A stretch of DNA of 64,000 bases from Eledone cirrhosa (GCA_964016885.1 OZ024747.1:57846001-57910000); one strand, 5' to 3'; counted from the stretch's first letter, positions 43,722 to 57,165 are shown. Made by a program: numbers and translations. The notes: generated by a model from the sequence alone, not told the origin.

Positions 43722-46355
43722 TTGTGAAAAAGAACAAAGGAACAATTATGACATTATAACAAGTTTATTGCCGACAGCCGTTTCGTCCGACCACATGGTG
43801 GAACTTTTCAAGGCATACAACATGTGACTGTAAGATCATTATCTACATCAACGTATCACTCAAGGCTAGCAGTTTGAAATTGTGGTACACATCAGTAGCT
43901 CGGCTTGTATAGTTGGGGTCTATATTCTAAGGGGGCTCTTTTATATTAGTTGTCGGGGTCAGGGATTGAAGGTTAAAAATTAGATAATATATAATTTACG
44001 CATTAACAGTAAACTAAAAGACTTGGGGTCCCTTAGAAGCACCTTAAAAAACCCCTCAATAAGTGCATAAAGCTTACAGGCTGCAATAAACCTACTAAAC
44101 TAGAAGAAATTAAGAGGCTAATAAAATAAAAAATAAAAATATAAAGTTTCCCTAAAAAAATATATAAAGTTTCCTATGAAATTCCTTCAAGAGAAAAAAG
44201 TTTTTTTCCGAAAGAAAAAAACTTTCTTCCCCCGAGATCACGTTTACAAATTTCAGAAAACTTACGAAGTTTTGATATTCCCTACTAAGTTGAAAGAAAC
44301 TAATCAATTAAAGGTTAATTCAAAGAGCCTTCTATAGTTCTCTCAGAAAAGGCCCTTTTAATATTTTTAATAGGAACCTCCTCCGAGAGACCCCTCGAAG
44401 AATTAAAATTTTAGAGAGCCTTTAAGGATATATATAAAAACGAATTGAGGAAAACTATACATTAAAAGTTAAAAATTACGGTATTTGGGATACCCGAGGA
44501 ATTTTCAAAGGGCTGCTTCAGCAGATACAACTTAGGCATAATAGATACAATAATTTAAGTAATTTAAGTAATTTAATTAATTTAATTTGGGAGCAATTCA
44601 AAGAGTTTATCAGGTTGGGCAAGATTAAAGAGAGTGGTAAATAAGAAAATACATAAGCAAAAAGTCAATAATTATAAAATGTATTTTTAAGAAGGTATAA
44701 GGTAGCTTCAGTAATCTAACAATGTATTATCACAAAAAGTTATTATAAAATTATTGATACAGGATTAACAAAGACATAATAATATATATTCCTGCCTAAT
44801 TAACAAGTAATCAAAACACTATTAACAGTCAGGCAAAATTAGCTCAGGGATATCCCGCGCTCGGATACTTTACACACATACAGCAACACATAGGATTAGC
44901 ACAGACACAATGGTATATTCCTGCCTAATTAACAAACAATCGATTAACAATTGATGGTCAAGAAAATGTACTCAGGGATATCCCGCGCACGGATATTTAC
45001 ATACATACAACAGGATGAACAGTACTGGTGACCGTGTGGGCGCGATATCCATTATGCGTATGTAGTCATCTGTATAGCTCCAGGCACAGCTGGTGTTGTT
45101 TAAAAGTTCATAGTTCACGGATCAACTGGGATTCACTATCAGCTGCGTGGACTCTCTGGGAGATGTACCTGTGGTTCCAATAGCTAGTGGTTGCTGGGTG
45201 TGGTCCTTTCGATCTTTTAGTTTCAGGGGTTGCACGCTTTCGGCCGGTTCTAAGTCCAAGGTCTCGCTACATAGGATGTATTGGTCTACATGCCATATTG
45301 GTAGAAAAACCAGTGTGGATTTGACTGGGGTGGTATATTACGAACTCCAAGCCCACAGGCGACTGGTCAAAAGCGAAGGGCTGACCCCTCTTTGTTTGCT
45401 GTATGGGTCGGTTCCAGCTTAGATGGTGGTCGTGTTATCCATATTCCGTCAGCCCTGTATATTCAAGACAGATCGGGGTATATATTTGCGGGTATGGTCC
45501 GGCGTCTACGTTATCCAGAGGGTCTCACTTGTGGTACTTTCAAGTTCGCATGTCATCTCCCGGTTAAGACTGCGCATGCCTCGGTGAATCTCATGCATGG
45601 AATCTTAGGGTATCATATTACATGGGGTGACTAGCAGAAAATATACATTCTATGCTATCGCGCACGCGCTGGCCTGTGGCTACGACCATGTCCAGTCTCG
45701 GGTAGTAGCAGACAGCAGGTAGACCAGCTAGACACACCCCTGTTCAAGGGGCACAACCCCTAACTTATCGAGTGGTCAGACTTCAAGGGAGTCAACTCTC
45801 CAAGCCCATTAAGTCGACTGTGGTAAAATACAAAAAATTCCTATTAGTAAAGAACTAATCATGATAATAAAGAACTAACTCAAAAGAATGGGGAGGGGCA
45901 TCTATTTGGGCGGGGGTTTACTAAGGGAGGGGGTGGGGGGGTGAGTGGTTATAGGCAGGGAGCGGCCGCCATACTGGGTGTTTTGTTACTGTTTCCCTGG
46001 GCATGTTCTCGAGTTTGTTGACATACATCTCCTACGGCACCTTCCCATATTAGTCAACGTGGGTCCAGGCACTCACAATGTCCTACATCGCAGGCATCAG
46101 CTGCCCCCAGGGTGCCCAGCAACAATGTTGCCACCAATCCCAGGTTGGCAAGTGGGACACAGGGTCGTCTGTTCCTCACCAGAGTCCCCATCGCCAATCG
46201 GGGAGCCGAGGCATCCATGCAGCCGGGGTTACTAAAGAGCACCCTGTTCGCCAGCGGGGCTGCCAAGTGCATTGAGCTTAACTAGCTACCGTCACATATT
46301 TGGTAGGTCAGACGTGATCATCACGATTCACATACGACCTACCATACATCTTACT
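43722..46355 (-). mobile_element. 2.6-kb apparently non-coding element ending in a U3-A8 variant hammerhead (43769-43815)
   Basis: Minus TGCC-TTGAAAA-GTTC...GGAC-GAAA-CGGCTG-TC-GGCA-ATAAA; microsatellite-free body up to a TA tract; internal about 129-bp tandem repeat 44760-45021. Confidence 0.7.
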
Positions 46356-46432
46356 TATATATATATATATATATATTTCGTTTCTGAATTTGTTTAGCAA
46401 GATTCTTTATCTGAAATCATGTGTTGAAACCG

Positions 46433-46926
46433 ATATTGTTATACTTTGGGAGGGTCATGTTGCCAATAAGAAACACACGCACCAGTTGCTTTCACTTCAA
46501 TTTATTATAATAAATTTATAATAAATTTATAAATTTCTGGTTGCTTGGTTGGTTCCACAACCAGATAGTTGTTTATATATTGTCATAGTTCTTTCGTCAC
46601 ACACTCTGTGACCTCTTCAGTGACTGGGGATTCCTTTCTTTGTTTCTGTGCCTCTCCTTTGTTCTGTCCTACGCCATTTTTCTGGAAAAATATTGTAGGA
46701 CAGAACAAAGGAGAGGCACAGAAAAAAAGAAAGGAATCCCCAGTAACTGAAGAGGTCACAGAGTGTGTGACGAAAGAACTATGACAATATGTAAACAACT
46801 ATCTGGTTGTGGAACCAACCAACCAACCAGAAATTTATAAATTTATTATAAATTTATTATAATAAATTGAAGTGAAAGCAACTGGTGCGTGTGTTTCTTA
46901 TTGGCAACATGACCCTCCCAAAGTAT

Positions 46927-46934
<8 letters not shown>
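46433..46934. mobile_element. Near-perfect 500-bp palindrome with a hammerhead in each arm (46582-46624 minus; 46743-46785 plus)
   Basis: GT(C/A)A-CTGAAGA-G-GTCACA gagtg TGTGAC-GAAA-GAAC-TA-TGAC; arms about 248 bp, loop at about 46682-46685; related terminus at 63846-63870. Confidence 0.9.
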
Positions 46935-46975
<41 letters not shown>

Positions 46976-47059
46976 ATAGATATATATACATGTAAATATG
47001 ATTATATATATATATATATATATATACATATATCTTATCTAATAGTTCTTCAGACTTGC

Positions 47060-47132
<73 letters not shown>

Positions 47133-47929
47133 AATATGATTATATATATAAATATTGTATATATATATATATATATATACTTATATATACGCATGTAAAT
47201 ATGGTTATATATTATATAATTGTCTTTAGTTTGTAAATCAGTTAACGCTGGTTATTCCTAGCTTATGCTACTAAGCCAGAAACTCTTAAATTTATCAAAC
47301 ACAACTTAAAATATCTCCAACTATAAATATGTCCAAATTATCCTCATATCAAATATCTACAGCCAGCCTTCGTGTTTTCCATGATAAGACTTTTCATTTG
47401 ATAAGACCTTTGCTGATATGAGCGAAAGGCTTTTAGAACGTTATGTCACTATCCGGAAAGCAAAACAAACAACTTAAAAGCTTCTCTTATCTGACAGATA
47501 GTTAACGTAGTTGTTTTAAAATCAAGTAAAATTCTTAATCCTGCCCTAATTACTTAATCTACAAAGTAAAGCGTGTGTGTTTTATCAGTTTCATCTAGGT
47601 AGGAATTAAATTGGTATCTAAAATTTGTGGAATTTTATTTTTTTTATTTTAGTCAACTATAAACAAATTAAATAATTATAACTCAGATGGAAAACGAGAG
47701 TTTGTATGGAATTACTGCTTCAACGTTGCGTTGCTGATGTTATTTCTGGTGTTTAGTTCTACTCCAATATAGAAGTAATCCATTGACGAATGTATTTGTT
47801 TCTTCAGCCTATGTAACGTGGGATTTAAACTTTAGAAATGTTTATACACAGTGGCGGGATACCGGTGGACACCAGAATATATTAATCTTATGATCATAAA
47901 TTTACTTACGAATTTAATATCATATACAC

Positions 47930-48448
47930 CAGCGGTCAACCACCGGTGGTCCAAGAGAAAACTTTGGTGGTCCGCAGAAAATGTAGACATTATTTGCAAT
48001 TTTTCTCTTTTATGAGTAATGAAACAAAAAATAATTGTTTTTACTTTAGGCACAAGGCCAGCAATTACTCAGTGCATTACTGGTACTTTATTTTATCGAC
48101 CCCGTCAGGATGAAAAGCAAAGTCAACCTCGGCGGGATTTGAACTCAGATCGTAAAGGGACGTAACTGTGCTGGAAAGCATGGCGTCCGACCCTCTACCG
48201 GTACTGCCAATCCATCGCCCTTGAAACAAAAAATAATATTCGGTTAAAATATGTTTTATAACCCCACCCCTAAATAACTAAGATCCATGAAAGAATGTTG
48301 TTACCCATATGTATCATCATTCCACTTTATGACATACGCATGCTTCCGTATTGTTTCCACCACTGACCATTAATTCAATTTAGTTGCCCTCGGGATTTAA
48401 AATTATGAATTTAGAAGTCCGTGAGGTCCAAAAGATTGGCGACCGCTC
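47930..48448. mobile_element. hAT-like MITE
   Basis: Termini CAGCGGTC.../...GACCGCTC; 8-bp TSD ATATACAC (47922-47929; right copy split by the mariner-type insertion). Confidence 0.7.
48036..48220 (-). mobile_element. SINE family 1 inserted in the hAT MITE
   Basis: 16-bp TSD TGAAACAAAAAATAAT at 48020-48035 and 48222-48237. Confidence 0.92.
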
Positions 48449-48453
48449 ATATA

Positions 48454-49799
48454 CAGGGTGAGACAGAATACATGACTCACTTGATTATTTATAGATTATT
48501 TATAGATAAAAACAAGCTGTGAGGCATATTAAGAAATAAAAATATGAATTAAGAAACCTGCTAAACATATTCAGAAATAATAAATTCAAACAATACAATA
48601 ACAATAAAATAAGCATGTTAAGAAATATAACTAACAAGCGAGTCATGAATTTTTTTTTTTAGAATTATTAATTATTTTATTACTCAGATAGAAACTTAAC
48701 ATTGATTAGTTTTATGAATTAGGACAATGGGATTGATGAGTTAATATCTGTATACAACAACTAAAACGGTACGCGATGGGGCCCACCCACAGCCCCGGCG
48801 GACAGAATGGAGGAGGCGTTTCCCCGGAGGACGGCAAGGGAGACGCGCTGGAAAAGCCACTCCAACTCGCGGGGCTCACACCTGCGGCTGGCCAGCTCAG
48901 CGCCTATGGTGGTGAGTAAGGAGGTATCCCTGGAGCCGAGGACACCAGAAGTCTCCATTGCCAGGGGTACGACAGCAAACCTGTCGGAGAGCGACCGGTA
49001 TTTGAGGAGTTTGTTCCCCTCAGCCCGACGTGCAGCAGAATCTGGGTCGGCTGCAGAAAGTGTCGGTCCAAGTGGCATCCCAGACGAGGGGTTTGCCACC
49101 GCCGACGGGAAGATGGTCATGCCATCTGACCTTTTGCCGTCCCCTCGATCCAGCCCGACCGGCTCGAGCTGGGAAGGGAAGCCTGCAGCTTCCAAGCCAT
49201 GCTTAATGACCTCGTTGAGGGCAGCATGGTGTGGAATGCGACCGGCACTGTGGCGACAGGAAAGCGGGTGGAGGCCGAAAGAGTCCACGGTGGAACCGCA
49301 GCGACATTGGTGTGGCTGGCAGATCCGGAGGCCGAGCCTCAGGGAAACGCCGATTCGCAGGCTATGGTTGTCTAGCTGCGTGCCAGTAGAGAAGGAGGGC
49401 AGGGCATGGATCCAGGCACCACTGTGGGGTTTGGAGGCCGCACCAAAACAAGCAAGGCGCTGCTGGTCGAGCTGGTGCGTGAGCCTGTCTGAGGCCAGGC
49501 TGCACTGGATGGCAGCCCCAGTGCGTTGGGGGGTCTTGACGTCAACAGGAGTAGGGACGTCTACTGTGCTAAGTCCCAACCGGTCCCACGTCTCACAGGC
49601 GGCCTCACGTTCTCTGAATACAGAGGGTTCTGTTGTGTTTTGAAGAACCCTGCTGACGAGGACGCGGCACGATGTTACCGACGGAAGATACACCGGCAAA
49701 GCTAGTGAGATCGGGGACCGGATGCCTGTTACCACCCTATGTCGTCAAACTTGACGTTGCATATCCCCTCGGCTGCTGCATGAATTCTGGCCCACACTG
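48454..49799. mobile_element. Tc1/mariner-type MITE (about 200 bp) interrupted by a LINE
   Basis: TA TSD; TIR CAGGGTGAGACAGAATACATGACTCACTTG versus reassembled CAAGCGAGTCATGAATTCTGGCCCACACTG. Confidence 0.8.
48652..49778 (-). mobile_element. CRE-like non-LTR retrotransposon 3' portion (zinc knuckle plus RLE), ORF 48761-49735
   Basis: SGAWIHALP, LRLG, CRCG..HPLSC, DGKRSDG, KLLKY, PLAMETSG, LFQRVSLAVLRGNA; poly(A) tail; 8-bp TSD CATGAATT. Confidence 0.88.
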
Positions 49800-50419
49800 T
49801 ACACTGTATCGATGATCCAGTGAACAGCCTAATGTCCATCGTTATGTGAATAAGGAAGGGACTGGTCTATAAAGCTCTGCCTAATACAACATACCCACGG
49901 GAGCATTTAGCTAATGATCGACTTCTATTGCTGGTGGTACGTCGCACATACATATTCACATAGGCAAACTTCCATAACGACAAACATACACACACATACA
50001 CACGCATGCACTCACACAATCGCGTATATATATATATATAAAGAGAGATGCATGAATAGATTAATTGTTAGATAGATATATAAACAGATAGATAAACCAA
50101 CGAATAGCTACATACGAACACACACAGACAAACGCATATGTTCATTTTTGAGGCACATGGTTTGTTTTTTTGTTTGTATATGAATACACGTGGTCATCTG
50201 TACAAACATACATTAGGAACAGATGTTCTTTAAAAAATGTCGGAATGAAAACATGATATTGCTCTAATTTTTTTTATTAAAATTTCTTTTCTGATTCCCT
50301 GAATTTTTTTTAAGAAACAAACTTTAAAGTATTTCCACGAAACTAAGGCGACCCATCCCCCTTTTATCTAGATCAAAGTCGTGTATTCAGTCTTGAAGTT
50401 TTCAAAAGTAAAGCAGTTC

Positions 50420-50479
<60 letters not shown>

Positions 50480-50497
50480 CATATATACACACACACA

Positions 50498-50537
<40 letters not shown>

Positions 50538-50628
50538 AATATACATATATATATATATATGTGTATATATAAGAATGTACGTATGTATATATGTATATAT
50601 ATATGTATGTGTGTTTGTATGTATATAT

Positions 50629-50680
<52 letters not shown>

Positions 50681-50694
50681 TTGTATGTATATAT

Positions 50695-50803
<109 letters not shown>

Positions 50804-50811
50804 AGTGTGTG

Positions 50812-50856
<45 letters not shown>

Positions 50857-51247
50857 ATATATATGTTTGTAATTTGGTAGCTAGACAAATGTGTGGAAGA
50901 AAGCCATGTAACATTGTTTGTTTTGGTGCATGCTCCATTTATATTCTTCAAACTTCCTTATGCTTTTTTTAGAGGGAAATTGTATAAAATTTAAATACAA
51001 AAGTTTAAGAAAATCTAAAATAAAAAGAAGAAGAATAACAAAAAAATTGAAATGAAACTAGATGCGAGTCGTGTCACATTTATACACACGCATGTATATG
51101 TATGTGTGCATGTGTGTATGTATTCATGTATATATATATATATATATGTATAAATGTATGTATGTATGGCTGTGTGTGCATATCTCTATGTATCATCAAC
51201 ACGAACAAAACTCACATTATGAAGATATATATGTATATATATATATA

Positions 51248-51435
<188 letters not shown>

Positions 51436-52102
51436 TGGGTGTGTGAGTGTAAGTTTGTCGTTGTGTGTGAGCTTCTGTGTGTATATGTGTAAGTGTGTGC
51501 ATTAATCTATGCATGTGTGCATACATATATTCGTACTTATACAATGCGCAACACGAAATTCGCGACAGACCTACAGCAAAAAGCTGTCGTCCTATGCATT
51601 AAACCTTCACATCTTCAGAATTCACTAAGTGTGTTTATCTAAACAATAGATGAAAATAAAATAAGTAAACATAGAAGAAATAGCATTCCTTCATGGCAAT
51701 AACATGTATGATATAGAGTTTCAGTACTGTTTACTCTGACAGTGAATCGCTTCGAGATGTTTACAAGCAAATACTGTTACAGTGCACGTATATATGTATG
51801 AGGGGAAGGAAATGAAATCGGTGGAATATACACATAAAGGGATTGTCGAAAATGAAAATAAAAGTACACGAATTTGGAAAGAAATACAAAGAACAGCAAT
51901 GGCGGCGTGTACTTATAAGTATTCTGTAATAGCTCAGTGTGTATACTTGGTAGCTTTATAATTAACATTATAAAACAAATACAGTCAGTTATATACATAC
52001 TGATATGCACTAGTAAATAGAAACCTAAATAAATTCGTTTGTATGTAAGAAAGTATGTATGTTTGTATGTATGTAAGATTGCATTTAATTACATACGCAT
52101 AT

Positions 52103-52179
<77 letters not shown>

Positions 52180-52218
52180 ATATATATGTATGTGTATATA
52201 TATATATGCATACATGTG

Positions 52219-52264
<46 letters not shown>

Positions 52265-52713
52265 TATATGCATATATGTGTATGTGTGAGTAAGTGTATG
52301 CATATGTATATGTGTGTATATGTATATATATATATATATGTATGCATGTGTGTGTATTTGTAACTATTCATCCTACACACAAGTGTAAGCAGACTCATAC
52401 GGTCATGCACACATACAGACACACACACGTACCCTCCATTATCTGGGGTTCATATAGTTGCCTTTTGTTTATAGTGCAGGTTCTAATTATTCTATAGGAA
52501 AACCGAAAAGTCTTCAACTCTTCGACTGAACAAAAGTCACAATACTGATAATGGTAGGCTTTCGCTGAGATTTCTATAGACCATACTGATACTCGGGACC
52601 AGTTCCTTTCAAAGTCCATACTTGCTTCGATAGTGATGTAGTAATTCAGATTTGTTGACCCGAGATATTTAATGTTTTCTCGGGAAGAATAGCCATACAC
52701 AGATAGATTATAT

Positions 52714-52890
52714 TAATTTCTAGTATAGGCACAAGGCCAGTAATTTGGGCGGATGGATGGATGTTATCGAACCCGTAAGGATGAAAGGCAAAGTTAACAT
52801 CGGCGGGATTTGAGCTCAGATCATAGACGGGCGTAAATCTATGATACAAAGCATGGCGTGCAACCCTCCAAAGATACTGCCAATCCACCG
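52714..52890 (-). mobile_element. SINE family 1, diverged copy
   Basis: GGATGAAAGGCAAAGTTAACATCGGCGGGATTTG...GATACTGCCAATCCACCG. Confidence 0.8.
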
Positions 52891-53093
52891 ATAGATTATA
52901 TTGCTTTGCAGGCATTTTTCTTTACGGGTCATTTCTGAGACTGATGAGAGACACAGCAGCAGTAATAAGGCATAGAGTTCTAGAACCCTTTGGTAAGTTG
53001 TTACAAAAAGAACTGAATATTTGCAAAGAAGTGAATATTTGCAAAGACATCTACAATCAACTAGTATATTAAAACTGTTAACTCTTGTAAATG

Positions 53094-53145
<52 letters not shown>

Positions 53146-53424
53146 AAAAATATGGGGAGAAGAATACTGCATGGTTGCACATGGATTACATATTATAAAA
53201 TGAGTCCCTCATCAGTGATTTGCCAACGATCATTGGTATTTCATCGCATTAAAAATATATATATATATATATATACTGATTTGATATAGAAAAAGGCTTT
53301 CACAGGACTAGAAATGTTTAATTCGTGTAAAATCATCAGGAATGCGCTCTAATTATGTATTGAGTACCTTATTTAATGTGCTTACACGCGATTCTACTCG
53401 GGATCAACATATAAAACACACACA

Positions 53425-53458
<34 letters not shown>

Positions 53459-53464
<6 letters not shown>

Positions 53465-53503
53465 TTTAAGGAATTACATCTGTCCAGCCTCCTGTTATTT
53501 TAT
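53459..53503 (+). mobile_element. 3'-terminal fragment of the 31043-32975 family in a TA tract
   Basis: AACCTTTAAGGAATTACATCTGTCCAGCCTCCTGTTATTTTAT resembles 32930-32973. Confidence 0.75.
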
Positions 53504-53526
53504 AATATATATTATGTTGTGTGTGT

Positions 53527-53606
<80 letters not shown>

Positions 53607-53627
53607 TTATATGTACATATATATGAT

Positions 53628-54148
53628 AACTGCCTTATTCTTTACAGAAAAAAGCGATCTCTCCAAAGTTGTGCTGAACGGCCATAGTGCATTGAAAGAC
53701 TCTGCAAAACTGCCTCGCTCCTGCATGCAGTTTTACAGATGTGACACATATAAGGCCTTGGATTGTCTTAAATGTAATTTGCTCCTTATACACTCTGATG
53801 TGCCGTTTGAGTCCAGCAACAGCAGACACATAAACTTTGTGGTCAAACTGACACAAATATCCCGAAGTCTTTCAGGTAGGACGCCAACAAAATCGTCCAC
53901 AGACTGCTGATTGCTGTGACATTTTAAATGTCTAGCAAACCCAGCAAAAAAATAGAAAGACTTTCCGCAGATGTTACAAACATGATCTGAAAGGATAGCT
54001 TCCTTGATGTGAGTCTATATCATCTTTCATAAGTGTTCACTTGAACACTGACAGTTCTACCACTTTGACATCAAAGCGATTACACCCTGCCTTCTCCACC
54101 CAGATCTACTTTCAACCAAGTCTTCCCAATTCATCAAACATATTCAGG
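53628..54148 (-). mobile_element. RTE-like LINE C-terminus with three degenerate C2H2 fingers
   Basis: Minus WEDLVESRSGWRR; CNICGKSFYFFAGFARHLKCH; AGLKRHIR; CHICKTACRSEAVLQS (frameshifted). Confidence 0.65.
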
Positions 54149-54212
<64 letters not shown>

Positions 54213-54312
54213 TGGATATATTGATTACACATATTATACACATTTTGATTACCTGTACACGCAATATTCATTAGAATCTCATTGAAATGAGTATACATCT
54301 TTTGGGGACAGC

Positions 54313-54373
<61 letters not shown>

Positions 54374-54819
54374 TGTGTGTGTGTTCGTGCGTGCCTGTGT
54401 GTTTATTCAGTTGAACACAATGTGTGTAGTATGATAGAGCTTGCTTGACTATCATCTGCTGCCATTTTAGATAAAACATAGAGACATCATACTCAGCAGC
54501 CCTGATCTCTCGTCAGCTGTTCAGTATAACCTTAGATTGTACTACAAGGTAATCATAACATGAAAAACAACAGTTTAGGCTGTGTAACATCTGCTTTATT
54601 CTCTTCCATCATGTAGATCTAATATTACCACTAAAATCTTCCTTAACACCGACTTCATTCTTTAGCACTTAGCTCATACTTATGTACCATCTAGGTAATG
54701 TTGTTTGGTCTTCGTATGTTAAGAAACCGACTGAAACGCTCCACATACATTATGTAAAGTAATGATTGATACACAAACCAACACACACACACACATACAT
54801 ATGTATATATATATATATG

Positions 54820-56055
54820 TAAAAGAAACCAAAGAACGCTTACATACTCAAACAGTTTTTATTTGCTTACAATGTTTCATCCATACCATTTGGTAAGATC
54901 CACAGAGCTTAATAAACACAGTGCTGAGTATAAGCTCTACCAAGCTTAGTCACACGAACAATCGGAAAACAATAGAGGGTAAAGATAGAGAGATCGGAGA
55001 TGGCGAATAAGGAGGGAGTACATATTGGGGTTGTTAAGCACCACAGCCTAATGCTAGGGCACAAGCAGATCTCACAAGATGCAGATACAATTGATGGCAC
55101 ACAAAAGCAAACAATACAAACAATGGTTAAAATATAATTAAAAAAATAATTAAAAAAATATAATAAAATAATATAATAATAATAAAAAAAATAAAAGGAA
55201 GATAATATAAAAAGAGATAAAAAGTAAATTAAAAAGATAAAAAGTAAATAAAAAGGTAAACATTTTTTTATTTTTTATTTTAAAAGAAATGAAAACAGAA
55301 CGAAGAAAAAAGAAAGAGTTTTAAGCACATAAAAAAGCCAGAGGAAATTAAGCGCTGGTCCCTAATAAAACGAGTGAGTAGGATCTCCGTAACTTATAGT
55401 TATATAAGCACTAAGAGGTTCTTAAGGCACATCCAGAAAGACCACAGCAATAAAAATCCCCACCATGGTATACATATACAAGGTATACTGGTAGGTACCC
55501 GAATTACGTAGCCCATGGGTGCTCCACAAGCATATAGACAGGTATCACATAAATGCAAATTATGGTTATTACAGGATAGAGCTGAGTATAACAAGTATAT
55601 AGACAGGCACCACATATAAAGCAAACAATACACTAGCAAAGCGGGGTTATTGTAAGATAGAGCTGAAGCAAAAGCCCCACAATCTTATTTTTAGTTACTG
55701 TAAAACCAACTGGCAAAGAGTTACTACACATGTATATTAACCGTATAGGCTAGACCAACCGGTTACATATGTTCAGATTGTCTAGGGGTTAAATAGATAT
55801 AGGATTGTCAGTAGATAACAAATCCATCTAAATAATACAACATATGTAGATCGTTCAAAAGTACAAAATAGCTGTATATAAATTATCACTCAACCATAAT
55901 CACATCCAGTAACAAGAATTACATGCTGGATTTATACATAAAAAAGCTCCCATATGTTTAAGATCCCAGGCCGTATATCATAATGTGTTCAAGTTTCAGT
56001 TCCAGATTTAAAACAACCAATGTCTCCACACACAATCTAGTCACGAACACATGAC
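54820..56055 (-). mobile_element. 1.2-kb TA-flanked element with a degenerate (A6U) hammerhead at 54865-54908
   Basis: Minus GCT-CTGTGGA-TCtTACCA aa TGGTAtgGA-T-GAAA-CATTG-TA-AGC-AAATAAA. Confidence 0.6.
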
Positions 56056-57051
56056 TATATATATATATATAATGAACTTACCTGATCTCTTATTGTAATA
56101 CTTTCTACAAAATATGTTCTGTCTACTCTTTCTTTTTCTTTCTTGTTCCTTCACGTTCCTCTCTTTCTACTTAATTATTACCTCCCACCTCACTCATTCT
56201 TTTTCTCCTGAATTATTGTATTCTAATTGTTTACCTCACACCTTCCAGAATGTTTCTTGTTCATTATTTTCACCTTTACCATTTATAAACGAACTCTTCT
56301 GATTTAGCACTTTAGCATTTACATTACTATATATATACTATTATAATTTCACGGTAAAGGTTTTATCTCACATAATATCTAACATAGTATCAAACCTATG
56401 AGATTTTGATATTATTTAGTTTGAAAACAATACCTTGTAGCCGGTTTGAACAGAAAGTGGTGAGAGAATTCTGGCCGGATATGCCCTGTTTAAATGCTAT
56501 GGTTAAGCCACCATATATTTACAACAAAATGTATCAGATTCTGCGACAGGCTCTCATGTACGAAACTCGTCACTTCGACCACAAACCCTATCAACACTGT
56601 CATTAAGGCAAGCGAGTGGTATATAACTAAATGTTGGCTGGTGATTGATCATTTTTTAGACATCAGAATCTTGTTTCGCTCTGTCAAAGCGGGATGTTGG
56701 GGGTGCACCTCACTCGAGAAAGGATCCCCCTGAAATGGTATGGCTGATGCAACGTATTTCATTGACTGTTCTTAATGCTAATGCTATCGCCAAAATGTCC
56801 ATGGAACGCAGCTGAGTTGTACCGTGCAGCCAAAGGTTGGAGATTTTGCTGTCGCCCTGTCGCCCCCCACACACACGCTTTATTCAATTTCGAACTTTTC
56901 TACCTTATTTACTTTTTAATCTCTTCTTGTTTTTAAATATGTGAATATGAATATGAAATTTGAAATGAGAAAAAAATTCCATATAATTTATCTATGTGTG
57001 GTTATGTGACTGTTACCAGTGTTGCTTACTGACTGTTATATATATAAGCCC

Positions 57052-57165
57052 AGACACTGGTCTGTTGGAGACGCAGGACATGGCAGCGATAATGAGGGAC
57101 AGAGACCGCTGGAGAGAACTCGTCCATGGATCTCGGGAATTTTACCCGCCTTAGATAGATAGATA
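57052..57165 (+). mobile_element. RTE-like LINE extreme 3' end
   Basis: DTGLLETQDMAAIMRDRDRWRELVHGSR followed by a (TAGA)n tail. Confidence 0.65.

Noticed and set aside
48807-49643. 278-aa plus-strand ORF
   Set aside because: Antisense shadow of the GC-rich CRE-like ORF
53205-53250. Minus-strand CTGATGAG
   Set aside because: No compatible GAAA/UH arrangement found
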